Part shown: positions 1 to 7,633 of the stretch, piece after piece
Layout: each line of letters starts with the position of its first letter
Numbering within the stretch: the first letter of the stretch is position 1
Assembly (NCBI GenBank): GCA_934613415.1
Contig: CAKTSY010000005.1
Location: 150,001 to 182,000 of the forward strand
Length of the DNA stretch: 32,000 nt
Direction: 5' to 3'
From: an uncultured Opitutales bacterium
GTDB lineage: Bacteria > Verrucomicrobiota > Verrucomicrobiia > Opitutales > Intestinicryptomonadaceae
The notes under the pieces: model-generated
Database searches by the model: none
Told to the model about the DNA's origin: nothing
What the model saw: the letters and a program-made list of their open reading frames with translations, nothing else
Program-made: the position numbers and the translations under genes

Positions 1-1
1 T

Positions 2-745
2 AGATACCCGCAAGACGAATCGGTTGTAAATTCGTTCGGCTTTCCCAACGACGGCGCCGAAAAAGTCGCAAAAAGGCTCGCAAAAAGCAAGGCAAACAAA
101 TTCAAAAAAATTCCCTTGGGCATAAACATAGGCAAATCTAAAATCACTCCTTTAGAGGAAGCCGCCCAAGACTATGTTTTCAGTCTTAAGGCCTTGGCCG
201 ACTACGCAAGCTATTTTTGCATTAACGTAAGCAGCCCCAACACCCCCGAGCTTAGAAAACTTCAGGGCAAAGACTATTTAAAAGACCTTTTAACCGAAGT
301 TAAAACCGCCAACGAAGACAGGGCAAAAAAACTCGGGAAAGACAAAACCCCCATTCTGCTGAAAATAGCCCCCGATTTGTCGTTTAGGGAAATAGACCAA
401 ATTTTAGAAACGCTTGAATGTTTGGATTTTGACGGCGTTGTGGCAACGAACACCACTATTAGCCGCCCCGAAGACAAGCCCTATCTGCAGCAAAAAGGCG
501 GCCTTAGCGGGGCGTTGCTCTTCAACAAGTCGCTTGAAATTGTAAAATACATTTCGCAGCAAAGCTCGGGCAAGCTGCCCATTATAGGAGTAGGCGGCAT
601 AACAAACGAAGAATGCGCCGGCAAAATGCTCGACGCAGGGGCTAGCCTTGTGCAAATCTACACTTCGCTTATATACCGCGGGCCTTTCTTTGCAAAAGAC
701 GTTGCAAAATCAGCCCAATGGCGTTTTGCAAGCGACTGGGTATAA
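2..745 (+). CDS. pyrD: dihydroorotate dehydrogenase (quinone-dependent, class 2), 5' end cut by window edge
   Basis: Frame 2 is open from nt 2, so the TTG at 116 in the ORF track is internal. The translation contains NSFGFPNDG, GINIGKSK, INVSSPNTPELRKLQ, VATNTT, GGLSG and IGVGGI, which are typical DHODH FMN/substrate motifs. Stop TAA is at 743-745. Confidence 0.9.
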   Translation, partial: RYPQDESVVNSFGFPNDGAEKVAKRLAKSKANKFKKIPLGINIGKSKITPLEEAAQDYVFSLKALADYASYFCINVSSPNTPELRKLQGKDYLKDLLTEVKTANEDRAKKLGKDKTPILLKIAPDLSFREIDQILETLECLDFDGVVATNTTISRPEDKPYLQQKGGLSGALLFNKSLEIVKYISQQSSGKLPIIGVGGITNEECAGKMLDAGASLVQIYTSLIYRGPFFAKDVAKSAQWRFASDWV

Positions 746-785
746 TTTTAACATTAATCAATATAATCTTATTTATTAAAATATT

Positions 786-1343
786 ATGGGAAACCCTACC
801 GACCTTAGAAAAGGCAAAGTTATAATGTATAACAAAGCCCCCCACTTGGTAATGAATATGCTGCACCGCACTCAGGGCAGACAGGCTGGCTTTGTTCAGG
901 CAACGTTAAGAAACCTCGAAACGGGAACTTCTACAACAACAAAGTTCCGTTCTACCGACTCGGTTGAATTTTGCCACACCGACAACCAAAATTTGGAATA
1001 TTCGTTTAAAGACAACGAAGGCTTCCACTTTTTAGACCAAAACACTTTTGAAGACACCGTTTTGCCCGAAAGCATTATCGGCGAAGACATTAAGTGGCTT
1101 ATAGAAGGCAGCGTATACTCCATTAAATTTGTAAACGGCAAACCCGTTACATTAGACTTGCCCAACGTTATAGAAATGAAGGTTGCCGACGCTCCCGAAG
1201 GCCGCCGCGGCGATACTACAACAACACCAATGAAACCCGTAACACTGGAAACAGGCATTGTTGTTCAAGCCCCCCTCTTCATAAAAACAGGCGACGTTCT
1301 TAAAATAAGAACCGAAGACACAACCTACGTTAGCAGAGCCTAA
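786..1343 (+). CDS. efp: translation elongation factor P (Arg32-type loop)
   Basis: ATG start, 185 aa. It aligns end to end by eye with E. coli EF-P (DLRKG..., KFRSTDS, GDTTTTPMKPVTLETG, PLFIKTGDVLKIRT..YVSRA). The loop tip reads TQGRQAG. Confidence 0.95.
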   Translation: MGNPTDLRKGKVIMYNKAPHLVMNMLHRTQGRQAGFVQATLRNLETGTSTTTKFRSTDSVEFCHTDNQNLEYSFKDNEGFHFLDQNTFEDTVLPESIIGEDIKWLIEGSVYSIKFVNGKPVTLDLPNVIEMKVADAPEGRRGDTTTTPMKPVTLETGIVVQAPLFIKTGDVLKIRTEDTTYVSRA

Positions 1344-1379
1344 CGCGTTTTGCTTTGCAGTTTTGTCGCAAGCTAAGTT

Positions 1380-2681
1380 ATGGAAACTCTTAAACAGTTG
1401 CCGCTAAAACCAATAGACCTTAGGGCTATTTTGGAATATGTGCCCCTATATAGAAACCAAATATTTGTAGTTTCTATAGACGGCAGCGTTGCCGACTGCG
1501 ACAATTTTCAAAACTTGGCAACCGACATAGCTGTTTTATATAGCCTTGGCATAAAAATTGTTATTGTACACGGCATAGGCAAACAGCTAAAAGACTTGGC
1601 AAAACAAAGAAACATTGCCCCCAGCGACGTTTACGGCGACAACCCCGTAGACGACCAAACTTTGGCTTTGGCAATAGAGGCCTCGGCAAACGTATCGCAA
1701 AAGATAAGAGACGAGCTTTCGCTTAAAGACCTTAAATGCGCGGCAATAACGCCCGTACGCCCAACGCAAGTGGGCATAATTTCGGGCGTAGACCACCTTA
1801 ACGCCGGCAAGGCCGACAAAATAGATTTCGAAACCATAACGGGGCTGATTTCTTTGGGGATAATACCGATTATCTCGCCCGTTGCTCCCGACAGGAGCGG
1901 CAACATTTTAAGGATAAATTCGGATATGCTTGCCGCCGACTTGGCAATGGGGCTTAGAGCTTCGAAGCTTATATACATAACCGTTACAAACGGGTTGGCA
2001 ACAAACGGCGAAAGAGCAATTGCAGTTCCCCTAAACAAGCTAATGGAAATGCTTGAAAGCAAAAAGGCGCAAATAGACCCAAGGGCATTAAGCAAGGCAA
2101 AGTTTGCCGCCAAGGCGTTAGATTCAACCTTCACAAGCAGGGCGCACATACTAAACGGCATGGAGTATGCGTGCCTGCTAACCGAAGTTTTCGACACCGT
2201 AGGGTGCGGCACTATGATATATGCCGACGAATACCAAAAGATAAGAAAAGCGCGCCCAAACGACGCCTCGGCAATATACAACATTTCCAAAATATCTGTA
2301 AAAGAGCAAAACCTTGTTCAAAGAACTTTAGACGAAATTCAAAGCAATATCCAAAACTATTTTATATACGAAATAGACGGTTCGATTATTGCCTTTGTTT
2401 GCCTGAACGACTTGGGAGAAGGCTGCGCCGAGCTTGCGTCGCTGCACGTTCAACACTTCTACCAAGGCCACAACGTTGGTAAAACGCTTGTAGACTATGT
2501 TATAAAGACGGCAAAAGAGCAAAATTACAAAAAACTTTTTGCGCTTAGCACAAAAAGCGCGCCGTTCTTTTTGGTTTGCAACTTTTCGGAAACAAGCCCT
2601 CAAAGCCTGCCCGCGAAAAGGCTGGAAAAATACAAGCGCTCGAAACGCAACTCGAAAGTATTTTATATAGACTTAAAATAA
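1380..2681 (+). CDS. argA: amino-acid N-acetyltransferase (N-acetylglutamate synthase-like: amino-acid kinase fold + GNAT)
   Basis: 433 aa. The N-terminal half has kinase-fold motifs (FVVSIDGS, KIVIVHGIGKQ, LRINSDMLAADLA). The C-terminal half has the GNAT motif A (YQGHNVGKTLVDYV). This is the two-domain architecture of ArgA. Confidence 0.78.
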   Translation: METLKQLPLKPIDLRAILEYVPLYRNQIFVVSIDGSVADCDNFQNLATDIAVLYSLGIKIVIVHGIGKQLKDLAKQRNIAPSDVYGDNPVDDQTLALAIEASANVSQKIRDELSLKDLKCAAITPVRPTQVGIISGVDHLNAGKADKIDFETITGLISLGIIPIISPVAPDRSGNILRINSDMLAADLAMGLRASKLIYITVTNGLATNGERAIAVPLNKLMEMLESKKAQIDPRALSKAKFAAKALDSTFTSRAHILNGMEYACLLTEVFDTVGCGTMIYADEYQKIRKARPNDASAIYNISKISVKEQNLVQRTLDEIQSNIQNYFIYEIDGSIIAFVCLNDLGEGCAELASLHVQHFYQGHNVGKTLVDYVIKTAKEQNYKKLFALSTKSAPFFLVCNFSETSPQSLPAKRLEKYKRSKRNSKVFYIDLK

Positions 2682-2909
2682 ATGACACAAATTTCACTTG
2701 CACTTATAGCATTATGCCTAATCATAACCGGAGTAAAATTGATAGCGTATTATTTCTTTGAAAGCGAAGAAACGCGCTTTAGCGACTATAGAAACAGATA
2801 CGACTACAGCTACCACGACTATAAAAGGTGCAGAAGACGCGGCAGAATTGCCTCGGCAAGTTTGTTTGCGGCTGGTCTGATTATGTTTTTTGCGGCCGTT
2901 TTTTGTTAA
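2682..2909 (+). CDS. small hypothetical membrane protein (two predicted TM helices)
   Basis: The ATG directly abuts the argA stop (TAA 2679-2681, ATG 2682). There are two hydrophobic segments (ISLALIALCLIITGVKLIAYYFF and ASLFAAGLIMFFAAVFC) around a Y/R/D-rich loop. A hairpin plus T-run follows. I recognise no family. Confidence 0.45.
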   Translation: MTQISLALIALCLIITGVKLIAYYFFESEETRFSDYRNRYDYSYHDYKRCRRRGRIASASLFAAGLIMFFAAVFC

Positions 2910-2943
2910 AAAATCTCGATTTTCGGAAACTTTTTTCTATTAT

Positions 2944-2972
2944 GTGCGTTTAATCTTTAGACGCACTTTTTT
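2944..2972 (+). terminator. candidate Rho-independent terminator after argA / small ORF
   Basis: Stem 2944-2951 (gtgcgttt) pairs with 2959-2966 (agacgcac), with one G-U. The loop is aatcttt, followed immediately by tttttt at 2967-2972. Confidence 0.55.
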
Positions 2973-3012
2973 ATCTAAAGTGCACTTGTAATTTCAGGCC
3001 TTTTTTACATCT

Positions 3013-5388
3013 ATGCACAAAAATATTCCGGGGAGATTTTCGGCGGCAAATCTTGCGCTGGTCGGCGCATTTCTTTGCGCAACTACTGCTTTAGCGCAAA
3101 ACTACTACAATGCGGGACAGCAACCCGCCTACCCGCAAGGCAATTATAGGCAACAACCCGCGTCCTACGCCGCACAGCCCGCACAAATGCAGCAGCCCGT
3201 GCAATATGCCCCAAACGGCGGCTACTACCAGCAACAGCCGGTGCCATATCCGCGTCAGGGGCAGTTTAGGCAAAATATGCAAATGCAACCTTCGGCTACG
3301 CCCTTCCCCTACCCTAAAAGCGAGTATTCGCAAGACGGCCAGCTGCAAGGACCTTTTTATTTTGTAGACGAATCGCCCGTGCAGGTAATAAAAATTTTAG
3401 AGTTGCTTTCTAACAAACCCATAATGCAGTCGCCCTTTTTGCCGAATGTAAAAATAAATTTTACCTGCAAAGACAAAATTTTTAAGGACGAAGCCGTAGA
3501 GGTTTTAAAGTCGCTTTTAAGCGTAAACGGCATTGCAATAATTCCGCTTGGCGAAAACTTTTTAAAGGCTGTTCCAATTACGGGCATAAACTCGCAATCG
3601 CCCGAATTTTTAGAGGGCGACACCTCTAAAATGGAGGCTTCAATGGTATTCTACACAAAGCTTTACAGGCTTGAATATCTCGAAACCGAAAACGCCCAGC
3701 AACTGTTCAATTCGTTTATTTCGCCAAACGGCATTGCCACCCTTGCGTTTTTCCCGCGCATAAACTCGTTTCTGCTTACCGACACATTGGCAAACCACCA
3801 AAGAATGGAAAAGCTTTTAAAGCAAATAGACGTAAAAACGAAAATCCGCGAGGATATGGCGTTTATCAAGCTTAAAAACACCAGCGCCGAGGAAATGAAA
3901 AAACGCCTGTCGAACGTAAATTCGAACATACTTAAAAAGTATTTCGAAAAAACCGTGATAGACGCCGACGAAAGAACAAACCAACTTATAATTTTCACGC
4001 AAAAGGGAAACATTGAATACATAAAAAAGTTTGTTGAAGGCTTCGATATTGCCGCCGAACCCCTTACAAAAAGCGAAGTATTCTACATAAAACACGGCGA
4101 GGCAAAAGACGTTGCAAAAGCCCTAACCGACGTTGTAAAAGGCCAGCAACAGGCGGCAAAAGCGTTAAAGACAAAGGCTTCGAAAACAAGAAATACAAAT
4201 ATCGAAAAGTCGGTAGCCTCTACCGAACTAAAAAGCATAAACGGCGAAGACGCACCAGAAAGCGCACCCGAAAAGCCCGCGCAAACACAGCAGTCCGAAG
4301 CAAGCGACCCTACTTTGCAGTTTAGCGACTTTGTTACAATTGTTTCGAACGAGCGCAGCAATTCGGTTATTGTGTACGGCACCGACAGCGACATAAAACA
4401 GATTTCAACCCTTATTTCGAAAATAGACGTTGTTTTGCTTCAGGTTAAAATAGACGTTATAATAACCGAAGTTCAGCTTACCGACGAACAGGTTTCGGGG
4501 CTAAGCAGCTTTAATTTGGGCTACGATTTAGCATCGCCCTTTAAGGTTGGCACAACCGAATCGCTAGCTAACGGCTTTCAAGGCGGGACGGGCACAAACT
4601 CGCTAAACGGCACGCAGGCGTTTTCTTTTAAGGCAACCGAAAACTCTTTTCAGGCAATATTTAACGCCGCAAAAACAAATTCTAATGTAAAGGTGTTGTC
4701 GGCGCCTACAATAGTTACGGCGCACAACAAAGACGGCCGCATAAACGTTTCGCAGTCGTACCCTATAATTAAAAGCACAATTTCAAGCGTTGTTAATGTA
4801 GACAACACGCAAAGTACAGTAGAATATATGGACATAGGTATAAACCTTAAAGTTACGCCCTTTATCGGCGACAACGGGCTTATACAGCTAAACATAACCC
4901 AAAGTGCCGACACTATTTTGTCGCAAACGCAAATTAGCGGCAATTCGCAGCCCGTAATAGGCAAGCGCGAAGCCGAAAGCTTTGTAAGCGTACACGACGG
5001 CGACATAATTGTTTTGGGCGGGCTTCAGCAAAACAACCTAAGCGAAGACGGCCAAAAGGTTTGGCTTTTGGGCGACATTCCGCTTTTGGGCAGGCTATTT
5101 AGCCCCGAACAGCACAAATACCAAAAAAGCGAACTTATAATATTTATAAGGCCTACAATAATAAACAGCTCTTCAAAGCTTGGCGACGGACAAAAAGACC
5201 ACCTAAACGGGTTAAAATCTTTCGAAATGGCAACATCGTATGTAAAAGATGGCTCTTTTACAGACAAAGACGATTCCGAAAAAGCGCAAAACTTCTATAA
5301 AACACAAAAGCAAAAAGACGAAGAAATGCGCGCCGCAAAAGAAAAGGCAAAAACCGAAACCGACGAAAAGCAGACGGAAGATAAATAA
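3013..5388 (+). CDS. gspD: secretin (GspD-like, N0-N3 plus secretin core) with low-complexity N- and C-terminal extensions
   Basis: 791 aa. Signal peptide is MHKN...CATTALA|Q. Repeated N-domain-like modules are present (e.g. VFYTKLYRLEYL...LTDT, MAFIKLKNTSAEEM...LIIFT, VFYIKHGEAKDVA...SVIVYGT). The C-terminal secretin core shows VKVLSAPTIVTAHNKDGRINV, GDIIVLGGL, IPLLGRLF and LIIFIRPTII. T2SS versus T4P/competence assignment is not certain. Confidence 0.88.
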   Translation: MHKNIPGRFSAANLALVGAFLCATTALAQNYYNAGQQPAYPQGNYRQQPASYAAQPAQMQQPVQYAPNGGYYQQQPVPYPRQGQFRQNMQMQPSATPFPYPKSEYSQDGQLQGPFYFVDESPVQVIKILELLSNKPIMQSPFLPNVKINFTCKDKIFKDEAVEVLKSLLSVNGIAIIPLGENFLKAVPITGINSQSPEFLEGDTSKMEASMVFYTKLYRLEYLETENAQQLFNSFISPNGIATLAFFPRINSFLLTDTLANHQRMEKLLKQIDVKTKIREDMAFIKLKNTSAEEMKKRLSNVNSNILKKYFEKTVIDADERTNQLIIFTQKGNIEYIKKFVEGFDIAAEPLTKSEVFYIKHGEAKDVAKALTDVVKGQQQAAKALKTKASKTRNTNIEKSVASTELKSINGEDAPESAPEKPAQTQQSEASDPTLQFSDFVTIVSNERSNSVIVYGTDSDIKQISTLISKIDVVLLQVKIDVIITEVQLTDEQVSGLSSFNLGYDLASPFKVGTTESLANGFQGGTGTNSLNGTQAFSFKATENSFQAIFNAAKTNSNVKVLSAPTIVTAHNKDGRINVSQSYPIIKSTISSVVNVDNTQSTVEYMDIGINLKVTPFIGDNGLIQLNITQSADTILSQTQISGNSQPVIGKREAESFVSVHDGDIIVLGGLQQNNLSEDGQKVWLLGDIPLLGRLFSPEQHKYQKSELIIFIRPTIINSSSKLGDGQKDHLNGLKSFEMATSYVKDGSFTDKDDSEKAQNFYKTQKQKDEEMRAAKEKAKTETDEKQTEDK

Positions 5389-5966
5389 TGAAAAATTTCT
5401 TAACAGCCGCCGCCCTTTTTGCATTTGCGCTTACCGCCACAGCGCAGGAAGACGACAACGCCCTTTTAAATTCGCTTACCGAAAACTGCCCATTTGGGCA
5501 AAATGCGGCAGCCGGCAACTGGGGCAATTTGGGCGACGTAAGCGGCTTTATAACCCTTCGCGGCATAATCTGTTGCGGCAACATTTGGTATTTTAGCATA
5601 TACAACGCGCAAACAAACTCGTGCAGCTGGCTTGCGCTAAAAGACGCCGAAAACCTGCTCCCCTACAAGGCCGAATTTTTCGACGACGAAAACCACACAC
5701 TTTTGCTTGCTGCAAACGGCAAAAGCATAGAGCTTCAGCTTAAAGAGCAAGATCCGTTTACCGCCCCGCTTCCCAATATGGTGGCTGGCACTGCAAGGGC
5801 GCGGCGCGGCGGCAACGGCTTTCAGCGCGCGCTTTCAAGAATGAGCACCGAACAAAAAATGTCTATGGCATTGCAGCTTGCAACCGATATGATGCGCCAA
5901 AACCAAAACGGGCAAAACCGCCAACAAAGGCAAAATAGGCAATCGCGCCAAAGAAGGAGCAGGTAA
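5388..5966 (+). CDS. hypothetical secreted protein with Q/N/R-only C-terminal tail
   Basis: The ATG overlaps the secretin stop (TAATG, 5386-5390). Signal peptide is MKNFLTAAALFAFALTATA|QED, with no lipobox. The core is beta-rich with 4 Cys. The last 22 aa are QNQNGQNRQQRQNRQSRQRRSR. Position inside a tightly packed operon supports it as a real gene. Confidence 0.7.
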   Translation: MKNFLTAAALFAFALTATAQEDDNALLNSLTENCPFGQNAAAGNWGNLGDVSGFITLRGIICCGNIWYFSIYNAQTNSCSWLALKDAENLLPYKAEFFDDENHTLLLAANGKSIELQLKEQDPFTAPLPNMVAGTARARRGGNGFQRALSRMSTEQKMSMALQLATDMMRQNQNGQNRQQRQNRQSRQRRSR

Positions 5967-5970
5967 AAAA

Positions 5971-7632
5971 ATGCGAGATTCGCTTTTAGAATATTTCGAA
6001 AAGCACCTTTTGCCCGAGCAGTTGCAAGACTTCGAAAGCCTGGCCCCACAGCAAAAAGTCGATTTTATTTTAGACAAAACTTCGTTTACGCAGGAGGAAT
6101 TGGCAAAGAAAATAGCCGAACTTTCGGGCAACGCCTACATAGACGAAATACACCCGCAAGACCACCCCGAAAAGCTGCTAGACAGCAGAATCATTCTTGA
6201 ATACCAGTGCCTGCCGCTAAACGACAACGACGGCTTTGTTTTGGCGGTTTCGTACCCTTTAAGCGAAGAGCAAACGGCTTGGATTGCCGCCATTTGCGGC
6301 AAAACGCCCGTTTTTAAAATTGCGCAAAACAAAAAGCTTGCCGAAACGATATCGCAGCGTTTCGGTGTTGGTGCCGACTCGTTTGCGCAGGGTGAAGGCG
6401 ACATTTTGTCGGACGCCGACGACGCCGATTTTGAGGAAGACGAAAACGCCGCCATAATAAAATTTGTAAACGAAATTGTGCTTAAGGCCGTCTTAGACAG
6501 GGCAACCGACATACACATAGAGCCGCAAAAAGAATCGCTAAACATAAGGTTTAGGATAGACGGCAACCTTGTTCCCGTAAAGCTGCCCGACAACCTTGTA
6601 AAATTTAAAAACGCCGTAATTTCGCGAATAAAAATTATGGCGAAATTGAATATTTCGGAAAAACGCCGCCCGCAAGACGGTCGCATAAAATTTACAGCCA
6701 AAAACGGAACGGATATAGACATAAGGGTTTCGTCGCTGCCAACCCTATACGGCGAAAGCATTTCGCTTAGGCTTTTAACGCAAAAGTCGCATGCGGTAAC
6801 TATAGACGACCTCGGCTTTATGCCCGAAGACTTGGCAAAAATTTCGGCTCCGCTTTCTAGGCCGCACGGCATAATTTTGGTAACGGGCCCCACGGGTTCG
6901 GGCAAGTCTACAACGCTTACCGCTTTTATAAGGAAGCTTCGCCGCCCGCAAGTTAGGATAATTACGGTAGAAGACCCCGTAGAATACGAAGTGGGCAACG
7001 TAAACCAAACGCAGGTTCAGCCCGAAATAGGGCTTACGTTTTCCGCCGCGCTGCGCTCTATTTTAAGGCAGGACCCCGACATTATAATGATAGGCGAAAT
7101 ACGCGACCGCGAAACCGCCGACATTGCAATAAGGGCAAGCCTTACCGGGCACTTGGTGCTTAGCACGCTGCATACAAACGACGCCGCAGGAGCATTGACC
7201 CGCCTTTTGGATATGGATATAGAGCCATTCCTTATAGCGTCTTCGGTTGAAATGATTTTAGCTCAAAGGCTGGTCCGCAAATTGTGCACATGCAAAACAA
7301 AGGCAAACTACACAAAAGAATACCTTAAAGACTGCGCAAAAAGCCTTGGCATTGGCGACAATATGCTCGAAAACTGCGAAGACATTTGCAAACCCGTAGG
7401 CTGCAAAAAATGCGGCAACATAGGCTATTTCGGCAGAACAGGCATATTCGAAATTTTGCTTACAAACGAGCGTCTGCACAATATGGTTATAACACGCAAA
7501 ACCGCGCGCCAAATACGCAACGACGCCCGCGAACACGGTATGCGTACTTTGCAGGAATGCGGCTTTGAACTTTTAAAACGCGGCATTACGGGGCTCGAGG
7601 AAATTATGGCCTACGCGGGAGAAAACGAATAA
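5971..7632 (+). CDS. gspE: type II secretion / type IV pilus assembly ATPase (GspE/PilB family)
   Basis: 553 aa. N-terminal T2SSE_N-like domain is present. Motifs: Walker A GPTGSGKSTT, Asp box ITVEDPVEY, Walker B DPDIIMIGEIRD, His box TGHLVLSTLHTNDA. A tetracysteine cluster is present (CTC ... C-x2-C followed by GYFGRTGIFE). Confidence 0.92.
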   Translation: MRDSLLEYFEKHLLPEQLQDFESLAPQQKVDFILDKTSFTQEELAKKIAELSGNAYIDEIHPQDHPEKLLDSRIILEYQCLPLNDNDGFVLAVSYPLSEEQTAWIAAICGKTPVFKIAQNKKLAETISQRFGVGADSFAQGEGDILSDADDADFEEDENAAIIKFVNEIVLKAVLDRATDIHIEPQKESLNIRFRIDGNLVPVKLPDNLVKFKNAVISRIKIMAKLNISEKRRPQDGRIKFTAKNGTDIDIRVSSLPTLYGESISLRLLTQKSHAVTIDDLGFMPEDLAKISAPLSRPHGIILVTGPTGSGKSTTLTAFIRKLRRPQVRIITVEDPVEYEVGNVNQTQVQPEIGLTFSAALRSILRQDPDIIMIGEIRDRETADIAIRASLTGHLVLSTLHTNDAAGALTRLLDMDIEPFLIASSVEMILAQRLVRKLCTCKTKANYTKEYLKDCAKSLGIGDNMLENCEDICKPVGCKKCGNIGYFGRTGIFEILLTNERLHNMVITRKTARQIRNDAREHGMRTLQECGFELLKRGITGLEEIMAYAGENE

Positions 7633-7633
7633 A

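Noticed and set aside
1631-2290. 219-aa ORF antisense to argA, and the Arg-rich alternative-frame ORF at 2171-2482
   Set aside because: Both are embedded in the well-supported argA frame, and their compositions are typical of out-of-frame translation.
5953-5959. GAAGGAG upstream of gspE as evidence for normal SD usage
   Set aside because: It is the only clear SD-like string in the window, lies within the Arg-rich tail codons (AGA AGG AGC) of the preceding ORF, and has a longish 11-nt spacer. It may function locally but does not change the overall SD-poor picture.
6135-6998. 287-aa ORF antisense to gspE
   Set aside because: It lies entirely inside a strongly motif-supported ATPase gene. Its translation is Ser/Cys/Phe-rich with no recognisable motif, so it is a typical shadow ORF of a codon-biased gene.
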